Shown here: positions 1 through 9,594 of the stretch, one piece after another
Numbering within the stretch: the first letter of the stretch is position 1
Layout of the letters: every line of letters begins with the position of its first letter
DNA from: a virus
Lineage: Duplodnaviria; Caudoviricetes
Direction: 5' to 3' (one strand)
Length of the DNA: 64,000 nt
Virus record (IMG/VR): IMGVR_UViG_3300032283_000554
Location: 18,552 to 82,551 of that record
Notes under the pieces: model-generated
Told to the model about the DNA's origin: nothing
Seen by the model: the letters and a program-made list of their open reading frames with translations, nothing else
The model's database searches: none
Made by a program: the position numbers and the translations under genes

Positions 1-3000
1 AACTCCAAGTAGGTTTATCATAGCTTGATCTATCATAGAAGGAAGAGAGTCTGCGTGTGCGGTATTACCTGAAGCTTTAGCAAATACACCTGCTGCTCCG
101 ACATCTGCCAAAACATTTCCATAAACATTGCTTGGAGATAAATCCTTATTGTTCATAACTAAAGATGCAATTGTTTGTCTAATCATTTCATCTTCGTTAA
201 AGACTGTTCCTCCATTAGTAAACCTTTTATCAAACGGTGACTCAACACCAAGCAACTTTGATTTGCCACTTGGGTCTAATGGATTTGATATTGTTTTAAT
301 TGTTTGCTCAGGAGCATCGAGTCCAAATACTTCTCTAGCCATTCTAGTTCCGTATACCTCAGCCTTAGCAGATATTTCATTTGGAACACCCTTAAAGAAC
401 TTAAGTCTACCATCGGAATCTTTGTATAATCCAGAAACACCAGGTATTGGATAACTCATTCCAGAGCTTGGTGAAACCATGTGTCCATATTTAACTGGAG
501 GCAAATCTTTAAACGATCCAGTTGCTGTAGCCCTTGACATTTCACGAGCTTGCTCTAAAATATCAAGTTGCTTTCCTGGGGCTAATAATTTTAATAATGG
601 GGATACGCTAGACCCTCTATCTCTGCCTGCCACTGCTTCTTTAATCCACGGGTACTTAATCATATCGGCTTCACGCTTTTTAGCATATTGAGCTTGCTGA
701 GCTAATCTAATAGCCTCTAGTCTTGCAGAAAGTGGAGGAACAACTCCATATGAAGATCTATCTGCAGATATAGATCCACCTGGAATCACACCGCCAGCAT
801 TAAATGCTCCTGATACAAGCATTGGTCTTGGAGGCCTTCCTGCAAATATCCACTTTGATCTTTTTGCTGCTGCTTCTAAAAGCATGCGTAAAGAATTTCT
901 TTGATCTTTATTTGCTCTTACTACATTTCCAGATGCAATCTGAGCCTTGCTTTTAAATAATCCATCATCTTGCAACGCTGTATATATGTCATCTACGCTT
1001 GCAAACCTATCTAGTCCTGTTTTCTTTAATGCTATAGCAAGGTTTTCTTTTGCATCTGCTGAACTTAAATTTAAAACATCTCTTGATAAACCTATTGTTT
1101 CAAGAGTGCTCATTACATGATTTATACCAGCAGGTAATACAGCACCAACTCCTATGTAACCACTAGTTGTATATCCAACTAGATCTTTACGTCTAAAATG
1201 TGCTTTGTCGTGCAATCCATCAATAGATGGGGACTTATCAGATGCATTTAAAAATGTTGTTGGAGCAATTGCTGCTATAAGATCATGCACTCCAGCAAAT
1301 TTTCTACTATTTAGCATTGCTGCTCTAACATCATTTAATTGATAATTTAAAGCTTTACTAGTACTTCTTGGGTATACTGTTTCTCCATGTGAATTTTTAA
1401 CACCAGTTGCATCTTTAACACGTGGGACCATGCCATCTCTTTCTAGTCCCTGTACCTGCTTAATTCTTATCTTTACAAAACTTTCATCGCTTCCGCCAGA
1501 TAGAGCTTTAGCTTTATCAAAATTGCTTGTTGCAATATTTATAGCTTTATTAATTGGCAGCTTGTTATGGTAAGATAATTCTGCTGCGTCAAGCATGATC
1601 ATTCTTACTCTTATGTCATCTTCGTATCTTGGGTTATTGATAAACTTTAGATATTCTCTATACTGTCTTTTAAAGTTTTCTTCTTTCATTCTAGCTTTAG
1701 CGGACTTAGACATTTCTTTTCCGTATGAATTGACGCCCCTCATTATCTGTCCGCCAAAACTATATCCGCTATTTGCTGCATCTACTGCTGCATACAGCTC
1801 AGGCATTTTTTGAATTTGGGGCCCAAAGACTACCTCCCGTGGAGTAAGTTCTGCAGTAATATTTCCGCCATCATTTAAGTAAGTACTTGGAGCCATTGCA
1901 ACCAATGCAGCATTTGCTGGGTCCATAGAAGCGGCTTGATTAAGTACATATCCTCCTAAAGGTACGCTACCAAGCCTGTCATCATATCCTATAGATGATG
2001 GGCCAGAAACAACTGTTTTGTTTGCGCTAAATGACTCTACATCGCCACCAGTATTAAACTTAGGCATTCTTGTTGTCTGCATGCTATACGGAGCACCAAA
2101 CGTTCTGATTCCACGCAGTCTACCAAACTCGGTCATTACAGCTGCGTTGTTTTTCTTCTTATAAAGATCTCTTAATGTAAATTGCCCATTTGCATCAACA
2201 ACTGGTTGATCCATCATTGGGGCTCTTGTTAAATCAAGGCTTCTGCCGCGTCCTGCAGCGTACATACTTACAGCAGATCCCATGTCTGCTTCTATCTGTG
2301 CATTTAAAGCAATAATTCTTGCCTTTGCTTGATCAACTGTTATTTCTGCACTTCTCATTTGCTGAACTATTAATCCAGACTGTGTAGCTGCACTATCTGC
2401 AAATCTTTGAGTTATAGGAAGAATGTCATCAAATGTATCAAGGAGTTCTCTACTGACTGTTCCGCCCATCATAATTGTTTTCTTTAATGCTGCAACTTCT
2501 TGCTCTGTTTGCATTCCAAGTGTTGCCATTAATGCATGGAACTTGGCTGCTTCTCCTGGAACAATTCCTGTAGATATTCCCTTTACGCTTGTTAGACCTT
2601 CAATGTTAGGTAGTCTATCGCTCATATACATTTGAGGAGTTCTTGATATTCCTCTATTTACTGGTATTGCTCCTGGTACCCCGCCAAATATTGTTGCTGG
2701 CTTATTTGGGTCTCTAGGATTAATATGAGACATTGCTCTTGTGTTAGGATCTCCTACATAAGGATCGTTAGGGTCAACAACTCTTCTTCCTCCGACCATT
2801 ACAGGATTACCAGCAACGGTATTTACCACTCCATTAACTGGAACTGCACCCTTCATTGATGCTGCTTGAAGATTTTGATAATCTAAAACAAGTTTTTGAA
2901 GTGCATTGTGAAGAACTTGAGCCGCAGCTGCATCAGAATAAAATGCATTCTCGACTAGCTCTGCTGCTTTTTGTGCGGCAATAATTTCTGGAGTAAGCAT

Positions 3001-4752
3001 CTTCCAGCCATTTGCTTTCATAAAGAATGCTCTTAGCTGGACAACACCCTTAGTTATATATCCAAAGAAGTTTGCGAGTAAACCAGTTAACATAATAAGT
3101 GGTCCAACTAATGCTGTAAATCCAGCAAGGAAGGTCAATCCTTTTTTAATTGGGTCTGGCAATTTAGTAAAGAAATCTAAGATTTTTGTTGCTGCGCTTA
3201 TAAGCTTAGTGGCAACTCCTAAAAACTCTTCTCCTACATCTGCAAGCTCTGCTTTTAATCCCTCAATAGCTCTTTTGTATTTACCAGATGCAGACTCTGT
3301 AACCATCTTTAATTCTCGACTTGCTACATCTGCAAGATCTGCAGTACTTGCTTTCATCAATTCTAAAACTTGAAGCGTCTGGCTACCCTGTTTACCTAGA
3401 TTATTAAGCAATGCGCTCATTCTTGCAAACTGAAACTTTCCAAACATTTGCTCCATTGCTCTTGCTTTACTTAGTGGGTCAAGGGAGTCTAAAGCTTTTT
3501 GCAGATCCATCAATAAACCAGTAGTGTCTCCAGTATTTTTTGCAACCATGCCCATAACATCTATGCCAAAATCTGACATCATCCCTACGGTTTGTTTTGT
3601 TGGGTTAATAAGAGATGCTAAACCAGACTTCAAAGCGTTGGCACCTTCTGAAGCGCTAATACCACCTTCACGCATTGCAGTTAGATATAGGGCTAAGTCT
3701 TTAACATCTCCACCTAGCTGCTGAATCACTGGACCAGCTTTTGGAATTGCTTCTACTAGGTCATTAAGAGTTGTTGATGTCTGGTTTTCAACTGCGTTGA
3801 GAAAGTTAATAGATTCTGTTAGCTCTTGAGTATTTTGCTTAAAAGCTGTTTGAATTGATAATGTTGCTTTCATTGCATCTTGTCTATCAACTTCACCCAG
3901 GATAGCAAGTCTTGTTGTTTCCGCAATTGATCCTAGCAGTTCGTTTCCAGTTTGTCCTGTTGCTGCAATATCAGCACCTAATGCAATAGTATCCTTAAAT
4001 GATGCACCCATTGTTTTAGATAATGTTTTTGCAGTCTCAACAACTTCTTCTCTAATTGCTTTTAAATCTGAAGCAGATGTAGCTGCAAGACCACCGTAAA
4101 CTTTTGTTAATCTTACAAGCTCTTGGTCTGCTTCTTTAAATGCTTTACCAGCTGCTGCTCCAAACATAGTGAGTGGCACAGTAAGTCCTACAGTAAGCTG
4201 TCTACCAGCCCACTGAGTATTTTTACCCCAGTTAATTAAAGATCCTGCTCCCTCAGATAATGCACGATTCATAATCTGCATTTCCATTCGAGCTAGTTTT
4301 CCACTATTTGCTACAGCATCTAATCCTCTAGGAATCATTACGTTATACTGCATTAACCCCTGAGCATTTCTACCTAGTGGTTGCAGTACTGAATTTTGAA
4401 GCATTACCTGTTCTTTGGCAAGCTCCCTGATCATACCCTTTTGAGTAGTAGTATGCTCTCTAAATGTAGAGAAATAATTTTTAAGCTTTAATCTACCAGC
4501 ATCCAAGTTCTTACCGAACTTATCTACATCAGAATTAAGGTTTACAAAGTGGCTGGAGAACTGTCCGCTTCCAGTTAATGTATCTCTAAATAAATTGTTT
4601 GCTAATTTTGTTGAAGAAGAAATTGCTTTGTTTGACGCAAGAAGCTCTCTTTGTAATTGTTGGAGACTAGAACTAGCCCTGTGTACTTCAGACACAAGGC
4701 TAGATAAGTCGGCTTTGGCGACTATACTGGTTACAATTTGTTCGTCAGCCAC
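1..4752 (-). CDS. Tape measure protein (runs off the left edge), with a kinase-like domain in the visible C-terminal part
   Basis: Not in the ORF track because it has no stop in the window. GTG at 4752 overlaps the upstream TAG. Translates as MADEQIVTSIVAKADLS...LINWGKNTQWAGRQLTVGLTVP...FLNAVENQTSTTLNDLVEAIPKAGPV, a TP901-type tape-measure core, and lies right after the tail chaperones. Confidence 0.92.
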   Translation of the reverse strand, partial: MADEQIVTSIVAKADLSSLVSEVHRASSSLQQLQRELLASNKAISSSTKLANNLFRDTLTGSGQFSSHFVNLNSDVDKFGKNLDAGRLKLKNYFSTFREHTTTQKGMIRELAKEQVMLQNSVLQPLGRNAQGLMQYNVMIPRGLDAVANSGKLARMEMQIMNRALSEGAGSLINWGKNTQWAGRQLTVGLTVPLTMFGAAAGKAFKEADQELVRLTKVYGGLAATSASDLKAIREEVVETAKTLSKTMGASFKDTIALGADIAATGQTGNELLGSIAETTRLAILGEVDRQDAMKATLSIQTAFKQNTQELTESINFLNAVENQTSTTLNDLVEAIPKAGPVIQQLGGDVKDLALYLTAMREGGISASEGANALKSGLASLINPTKQTVGMMSDFGIDVMGMVAKNTGDTTGLLMDLQKALDSLDPLSKARAMEQMFGKFQFARMSALLNNLGKQGSQTLQVLELMKASTADLADVASRELKMVTESASGKYKRAIEGLKAELADVGEEFLGVATKLISAATKILDFFTKLPDPIKKGLTFLAGFTALVGPLIMLTGLLANFFGYITKGVVQLRAFFMKANGWKMLTPEIIAAQKAAELVENAFYSDAAAAQVLHNALQKLVLDYQNLQAASMKGAVPVNGVVNTVAGNPVMVGGRRVVDPNDPYVGDPNTRAMSHINPRDPNKPATIFGGVPGAIPVNRGISRTPQMYMSDRLPNIEGLTSVKGISTGIVPGEAAKFHALMATLGMQTEQEVAALKKTIMMGGTVSRELLDTFDDILPITQRFADSAATQSGLIVQQMRSAEITVDQAKARIIALNAQIEADMGSAVSMYAAGRGRSLDLTRAPMMDQPVVDANGQFTLRDLYKKKNNAAVMTEFGRLRGIRTFGAPYSMQTTRMPKFNTGGDVESFSANKTVVSGPSSIGYDDRLGSVPLGGYVLNQAASMDPANAALVAMAPSTYLNDGGNITAELTPREVVFGPQIQKMPELYAAVDAANSGYSFGGQIMRGVNSYGKEMSKSAKARMKEENFKRQYREYLKFINNPRYEDDIRVRMIMLDAAELSYHNKLPINKAINIATSNFDKAKALSGGSDESFVKIRIKQVQGLERDGMVPRVKDATGVKNSHGETVYPRSTSKALNYQLNDVRAAMLNSRKFAGVHDLIAAIAPTTFLNASDKSPSIDGLHDKAHFRRKDLVGYTTSGYIGVGAVLPAGINHVMSTLETIGLSRDVLNLSSADAKENLAIALKKTGLDRFASVDDIYTALQDDGLFKSKAQIASGNVVRANKDQRNSLRMLLEAAAKRSKWIFAGRPPRPMLVSGAFNAGGVIPGGSISADRSSYGVVPPLSARLEAIRLAQQAQYAKKREADMIKYPWIKEAVAGRDRGSSVSPLLKLLAPGKQLDILEQAREMSRATATGSFKDLPPVKYGHMVSPSSGMSYPIPGVSGLYKDSDGRLKFFKGVPNEISAKAEVYGTRMAREVFGLDAPEQTIKTISNPLDPSGKSKLLGVESPFDKRFTNGGTVFNEDEMIRQTIASLVMNNKDLSPSNVYGNVLADVGAAGVFAKASGNTAHADSLPSMIDQAMINLLGV

Positions 4753-5419
4753 TAATTACTCCTAGAGTATCCTAATCCTGCTCCGATTCCAAATCCAGCT
4801 TGTGCTGCTAAGGACCCTTGTAAACCAACAACATCATCTGCTGATGTATTTATTCCAAGTGCTCTTCTTTGGATATCTTCAAAGGTAGAACCTTTTTTTT
4901 CTTCTTCTACATCATCATCTAATTGTATTCCTTTTAGTGATGCTGCAAACTTTCTTTGGTTGTGCTCTCTTTCATTTATCGCTGTAATTGTTTGAATCAA
5001 TTCTGGCAGTGATAAAGTTTCTTCTAGTTCTTCGTAATTCTTCCAGTGACCCAGAAGAAAAACTTGACCTTCTAAAGCGGCTAAATCTAGTTCTGGCCAG
5101 CCAGTACCGCTGCCGCTATCAGGTTTGGGTCGTCCATCTTAATTCCTCCACAAACTTCAAGAATGCGGTTAATTGTTGGAACATCTAATGCTTCTTCAAG
5201 CTTATCTATGTCTTTAACAAGATCAGGTAGTTGAACTTCCAATGCTACTCCGCATGCTTCAACTAAAATTCCAAGTGTTGCAGCTTCGTCTTCTGCGTCT
5301 TGTACTTTCTTAATTACTTCCATAAACTTTCTTAGTTGCTTGATTGAGAGAGGCTTAAGCTTTACATTAGCTCCGCTTTGTAGCTGAATCTCTTCTACAT
5401 CATATACTGTTGTTGCCAT
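4752..5419 (-). CDS. Tail assembly chaperone, long (gpGT-like) form made by -1 frameshift
   Basis: Slippery C CCA AAC at 5123-5129 (minus strand). The -1 frame is open (PDSGSGTGWPELDLAALEGQVFLLGHWKNYEELEENLSLPELIQTI...) into ORF 4752..5000. Confidence 0.85.
5087..5419 (-). CDS. Tail assembly chaperone, short (gpG-like) form
   Basis: 110 aa between major tail and tape measure; AGGAGG RBS upstream. Confidence 0.85.
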   Translation of the reverse strand: MATTVYDVEEIQLQSGANVKLKPLSIKQLRKFMEVIKKVQDAEDEAATLGILVEACGVALEVQLPDLVKDIDKLEEALDVPTINRILEVCGGIKMDDPNLIAAAVLAGQN

Positions 5420-5480
5420 TTTATCCTCCTTAAGGATTGTCTAAATTATTATAGCATAACCATTATACGGATACAACAGC

Positions 5481-5506
5481 AAAGCCCCCAATTTCTTGGG
5501 GGCTTT
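5481..5506 (-). terminator. Intrinsic terminator after major tail gene
   Basis: Inverted repeat aaagcccccaa-tttc-ttgggggcttt. Confidence 0.75.
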
Positions 5507-5526
5507 GATATTAATTATTAATATAA

Positions 5527-6288
5527 TTAAACTGCTAGAACGCGGTCAATAATCTTACCGTATTCTGAACCAGCGTGATCTGAGTCACCTGATGGTAGAA
5601 GACGGAATGTTACTGGGAATGTTGTTGCTGCTGTACGAGCCAAAGAGAACTGTGACTGTTCTACAGACAAAACACGACGTGCATAGTATACACGCTCAGT
5701 TGATGATGCTTCTGAAGTTGGAGCCTGTCCAACTGCAATTAGCTGACGCTCTGTTGGAGCTGCACCTAGTGCACCTGCTTCCAAACCTAGTGTGTCAACT
5801 GCTGTTGCACCTGTTCCTGATGATGTAAGTGTTGATCCCTTTTGACCAAATACTGCAAGAACGTTCTCTAGAGTACCTTCTGCCATTTCTGTTGAGATCT
5901 GAACCATCATTGCAGACTTAAACAGCTTAGCTGTATCTAGCAACTGATCAACAGTTACTGAGTCAAATGTTGGCTGGTAGCTGATCTGTAGACCGTTATT
6001 TGTGTAACCAACGTTACGGTAAGCTCCACCAATTGCTGGTGATGCCTCTGTAGGCGTTGCTGTCTGAGTAGCACCTGTTGTTGTTAAAACTTTGTTTAGT
6101 GTTGTAGTATAAGACTCTCCTGATGAGAATGCTGGTACAAAACGATTCTTTGATGCAACGAAAGCGTTTGCGTTGCCTGCATCCATGCTTGAATCATAAC
6201 CAGATACTGTTGAATCTTCTACTGACAAAAATAGTGGTGATGCGCCTACGAGAATATTCTTAGCGTCACCTGTGTTTTGATATGCCAT
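5527..6288 (-). CDS. Major tail (tube) protein
   Basis: NILVGASPLF...YRNVGYTNNGLQISYQPTFDSVTVDQLLD...FPVTFRLLP; AGGAGG RBS before the ATG at 6288; synteny. Confidence 0.85.
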   Translation of the reverse strand: MAYQNTGDAKNILVGASPLFLSVEDSTVSGYDSSMDAGNANAFVASKNRFVPAFSSGESYTTTLNKVLTTTGATQTATPTEASPAIGGAYRNVGYTNNGLQISYQPTFDSVTVDQLLDTAKLFKSAMMVQISTEMAEGTLENVLAVFGQKGSTLTSSGTGATAVDTLGLEAGALGAAPTERQLIAVGQAPTSEASSTERVYYARRVLSVEQSQFSLARTAATTFPVTFRLLPSGDSDHAGSEYGKIIDRVLAV

Positions 6289-6391
6289 AATTGTATTGCC
6301 TCCTGATTTCATATGAAATTAATGTATCTATTTGGCTGGCTAGGCCCTTTCCTCTGTTCTAATTTTACTCTACTATATTATAAAAGGCAAA

Positions 6392-6901
6392 TCAGGAAAA
6401 TCTGCCTTTACCATCTGTTATTCTAGAGTATTTTACCTCTAATATTACATCTGCTCCATAGAATCCTTGTATCTCTTCTGATGGGGCTGTAGATGATATG
6501 TCTGCTATATGGATGCTATGGAACTTGAATTTATTAGATAGCCCCGCCCATTTATTTACATCCTTTGCAGACTCATCCATTCTTCTAAATTCATCAGTTA
6601 GGAAGTTTCTTATTTCAACAATATCAAGCAGATCTGGTGAATATAGGGTCAATAGGATTTGTTCGCAACATATCATCCAGTTATTTTCATAAGACATTCC
6701 TATCTTATCATAGACTATGTGTTTCTTCCCACTCAAAAATTGATTCATTTCTGGCTGTTGCTGTACTGGAACAATTGGAACAAGGGTTTCATTAAGGTTG
6801 TCGGAGTAGTAGTCATCTGCATCAAATATGTTGACGGCTGTAAGTCTACTCCATAAGAATTTTCTTATTTCAAACATAGCATCCAATTTGTAATTAGCCA
6901 T
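6392..6901 (-). CDS. Putative tail terminator/completion protein
   Basis: 169 aa immediately upstream of the major tail gene; assigned by position. Confidence 0.55.
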   Translation of the reverse strand: MANYKLDAMFEIRKFLWSRLTAVNIFDADDYYSDNLNETLVPIVPVQQQPEMNQFLSGKKHIVYDKIGMSYENNWMICCEQILLTLYSPDLLDIVEIRNFLTDEFRRMDESAKDVNKWAGLSNKFKFHSIHIADISSTAPSEEIQGFYGADVILEVKYSRITDGKGRFS

Positions 6902-7685
6902 TTGCTAACCTCGCAAATGCTGCTGATGTTGCGGCGTCGGCTTCATTTGCTAACTGATTTGCAGAGAAGCTGTACTTAACCGTCTTAACTTGTGCTGGAA
7001 CTCCTAATGCTCTAGATAATGAGGAGTTAAAAAGTTTTTGGAATCCCGATTTTTTAATAGACATGTTGACTAGCTGTCCAGTAAAGAAGTATCTGTATGC
7101 AGCAAAGAAAGAGTTCTTGGTTGCCGCTCCGCCTGGCTTTCTAACGGTAACAGATTCTCCCTTTGGCATAAATACAGTATATCCATCAACTTCAAATACC
7201 AATCTTTCTGAAAATCTTGGAGCAATAACTACTGTTTTGCCCTGCTCCATTATCTCAGCTTTTTTAACAAAGACATGTTTATTGTTAGAGTTTTCAGATG
7301 GTACGAAAGATTTAGAATCTATTAATTCATAATTAACTTTTAAGGATAGCCCATCTGCTGGAAGCTTTTTTAATTTAAATAATCTAGCCTCATCCTGACC
7401 AGCTCTGCCCCATTCATAAACATGATGAAAAGACTTTGGAGAGGTTCTTGCTTTTGCATCTACATAGTCTCCAAAATCAACTTGAAGCTGATCAAAGATT
7501 ACGCTTCTAAATGCTGATTGAAATTGAGAGTTAGATGCAAGCTTAGCCATGACATTTGTCTTATAAAATAAAGCTGCAGATATCTGAGCAACAGTGCTGT
7601 CTTTTATTGCACCGCTCATTGGCTTATTAGACATTAAGTTAACTAATCCGCTTGCTGCTTTAATTGCTAAAATTTCAGACGCCAA
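6894..7685 (-). CDS. Putative neck/tail-completion protein
   Basis: HHVYEW motif, located in the head-tail block; TTG start with GGAG RBS. Confidence 0.5.
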   Translation of the reverse strand: MASEILAIKAASGLVNLMSNKPMSGAIKDSTVAQISAALFYKTNVMAKLASNSQFQSAFRSVIFDQLQVDFGDYVDAKARTSPKSFHHVYEWGRAGQDEARLFKLKKLPADGLSLKVNYELIDSKSFVPSENSNNKHVFVKKAEIMEQGKTVVIAPRFSERLVFEVDGYTVFMPKGESVTVRKPGGAATKNSFFAAYRYFFTGQLVNMSIKKSGFQKLFNSSLSRALGVPAQVKTVKYSFSANQLANEADAATSAAFARLANG

Positions 7686-8100
7686 TTTGCTGATTCTCCG
7701 CTCTTTGTAGTGATGAGTTATATCCAACTACATTTCCAAATGGATCTGCTATTGGGGTTGTTCCTATCACATCAAATACAGTATCTGTATCACTTGGGTA
7801 ATTTAATTCATACCAGATTGCGTTGCCATTGGCATCAATAATGTTTTTAATTTTATCTCTGGCAGTTAGTCTATCAGATGTTCTTACTTCTATATATTGG
7901 TTATTTGAATACTTGTTTGAAAACTTTTGGTTATCATTAGACCTATTTCGGCTTTCTGTAATAACTCCTCTGGCATAACAATCTATTGTTTTTATATAAG
8001 AGAATTCTCTAACCATTGCACCAGTGTTTGGATCCTGCCGTTCTGATTGACGGTAGACATCCATTTTCATGGTCATTAAACCATCAACCACGTCAAACAT
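7675..8100 (-). CDS. Putative head closure/stopper protein
   Basis: 141 aa, beta-rich, directly after the adaptor gene. Confidence 0.55.
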   Translation of the reverse strand: MFDVVDGLMTMKMDVYRQSERQDPNTGAMVREFSYIKTIDCYARGVITESRNRSNDNQKFSNKYSNNQYIEVRTSDRLTARDKIKNIIDANGNAIWYELNYPSDTDTVFDVIGTTPIADPFGNVVGYNSSLQRAENQQIGV

Positions 8101-9083
8101 TACACCAGTACCATTTGTGTTATAACATAGTCTGCTAGAAGTTTATCTGCGTAAGAAGATCCTGTTCCGCTGAAAGCTTCAGAAGAATACTCAAAGTCCC
8201 AGTCTGTTGTAGATATCTTCTTAACATATCTGTCTCGCCATACACGGTCTTTGGCAAAGTACATCTTCATTAGCTCTACAGTTGCGTCACGTACTTCATT
8301 TGGAACATGATCCCAGCCAAATCGTGCATATACTGTGTAGTGCTTTGATCTTCTAAATATATTTGGTGATGCATCATTAATTGAAGGAGGCACCATTCCA
8401 TTTGCAATATATACATCATTATCAAGATACGAAGCCTGATTTACTTTTATTCCAAATCCGCTAACAGTATTTTCAACAACTAATCCTAGGTTATTTACAT
8501 TGTTTATTTTGTCCACTAATAGCTGATCATTAGCATATAGAGTGTGTAGACGATTAACCTTCTTTGTTAATGGCAGAGTGTCTGAGTCATTTCCTATTGA
8601 ATAATAATGATCATCGTGCAGGTAAAACTTTTGTCCAGTATGTCCTTCAATTATATTTCTAGCATATCTTTCCGCCAACTTTAGCTCTTGATAAGTTTTA
8701 TGATTTGGATCGTTTGCATCTGATCCAAGCCCCATCTCTTGTGCTGCTTCTTGTATATCAACATAAGGTGCAACAACATCAAGGTAGGTTGTGTTGGAAT
8801 ACGCTACAGAGTCATACTGCCAGTCCCAGACTAGCTTAAACTTTCTAGTTCTTGCTGTGTGCTGTGCTGGAAGGTAAACATTAAATGAACCCAAGTCGAC
8901 TTCATTTGCTTCTGCTGTGACGGTAGCAACGATTGATGAAGAGCTAATCTGTGGAGAGATAAGTGGATCGCCAGTTATGTCGTAAAATTTTACAACTACT
9001 GAGGAGCTAGGCGTGATAGCCTCACCTTTTACGTAAAGCTTTGTTGTTGCTGCCGAGCTTGTGTTTTGGTATATCTCTGCCAT
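8100..9083 (-). CDS. Head-to-tail adaptor with N-terminal Ig-like region
   Basis: AERYARNIIEGHTGQKF...FGWDHVPNEVRDATVELM...TGSSYADKLLADY, a gp15/gp6-like adaptor pattern. Confidence 0.7.
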   Translation of the reverse strand: MAEIYQNTSSAATTKLYVKGEAITPSSSVVVKFYDITGDPLISPQISSSSIVATVTAEANEVDLGSFNVYLPAQHTARTRKFKLVWDWQYDSVAYSNTTYLDVVAPYVDIQEAAQEMGLGSDANDPNHKTYQELKLAERYARNIIEGHTGQKFYLHDDHYYSIGNDSDTLPLTKKVNRLHTLYANDQLLVDKINNVNNLGLVVENTVSGFGIKVNQASYLDNDVYIANGMVPPSINDASPNIFRRSKHYTVYARFGWDHVPNEVRDATVELMKMYFAKDRVWRDRYVKKISTTDWDFEYSSEAFSGTGSSYADKLLADYVITQMVLV

Positions 9084-9092
9084 GTGTTAGGC

Positions 9093-9491
9093 TTAGTTGT
9101 AGTACTCCTGTACTTCTCTAGGTGTAGCCAATCTAAACCCTTCCTCCTTATCAAAAATTTCTTGAGCCACTTCTGGCTTCATTGCTACAAATGGATGCTC
9201 AATTGTAAAAGTAAATCCAAGTGCATCATATCTGTAGTTTGGTCGATCCATCTTTACAAGAACCATATCTTCATCAAGCTTCTGATTTGGATCTAGTCTA
9301 GGAAGAATTTCATCTGCGTCTTCTTTTGCGTTCTCTATGTTTTTAAGTGTACCTTGGTAGACTGACCAGGTTACTCCTTCTTCTGAAAGTGATGCAATAA
9401 TATCTGCTTTGTTTTTTAGGCCGTCCACATCAACTGCGAAGTCCGCTGCTAATGCTTTTAGATCTTTGACCTTAAGTGTGTCAAATGACAT
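9093..9491 (-). CDS. Head-associated protein with HeH/Rho-N-like N-terminus
   Basis: LKVKDLKALAADFAVDVDGLKNKADIIASL; C-terminal FRLATPREVQEYY; follows the capsid gene. Confidence 0.5.
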   Translation of the reverse strand: MSFDTLKVKDLKALAADFAVDVDGLKNKADIIASLSEEGVTWSVYQGTLKNIENAKEDADEILPRLDPNQKLDEDMVLVKMDRPNYRYDALGFTFTIEHPFVAMKPEVAQEIFDKEEGFRLATPREVQEYYN

Positions 9492-9542
9492 ATATATACT
9501 CCTTTGGTATGTATACAAATTATAGCACTATAAAATTAAAAT

Positions 9543-9574
9543 GAAAAGCCCCCAAAATTAATTGGGGGCCTTTC
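9543..9574 (-). terminator. Intrinsic terminator after major capsid gene
   Basis: gaaaagcccccaa...ttgggggcctttc hairpin; T-run on the minus strand. Confidence 0.75.
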
Positions 9575-9594
9575 GGTAGTTATTTCTTATTTAA

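Noticed and set aside
128-3724. Plus-strand ORFs in the track across 128-3724 and similar antisense ORFs over the capsid, portal, fibre and RNR genes
   Set aside because: They are antisense shadows of long minus-strand genes, without RBS or recognisable motifs.
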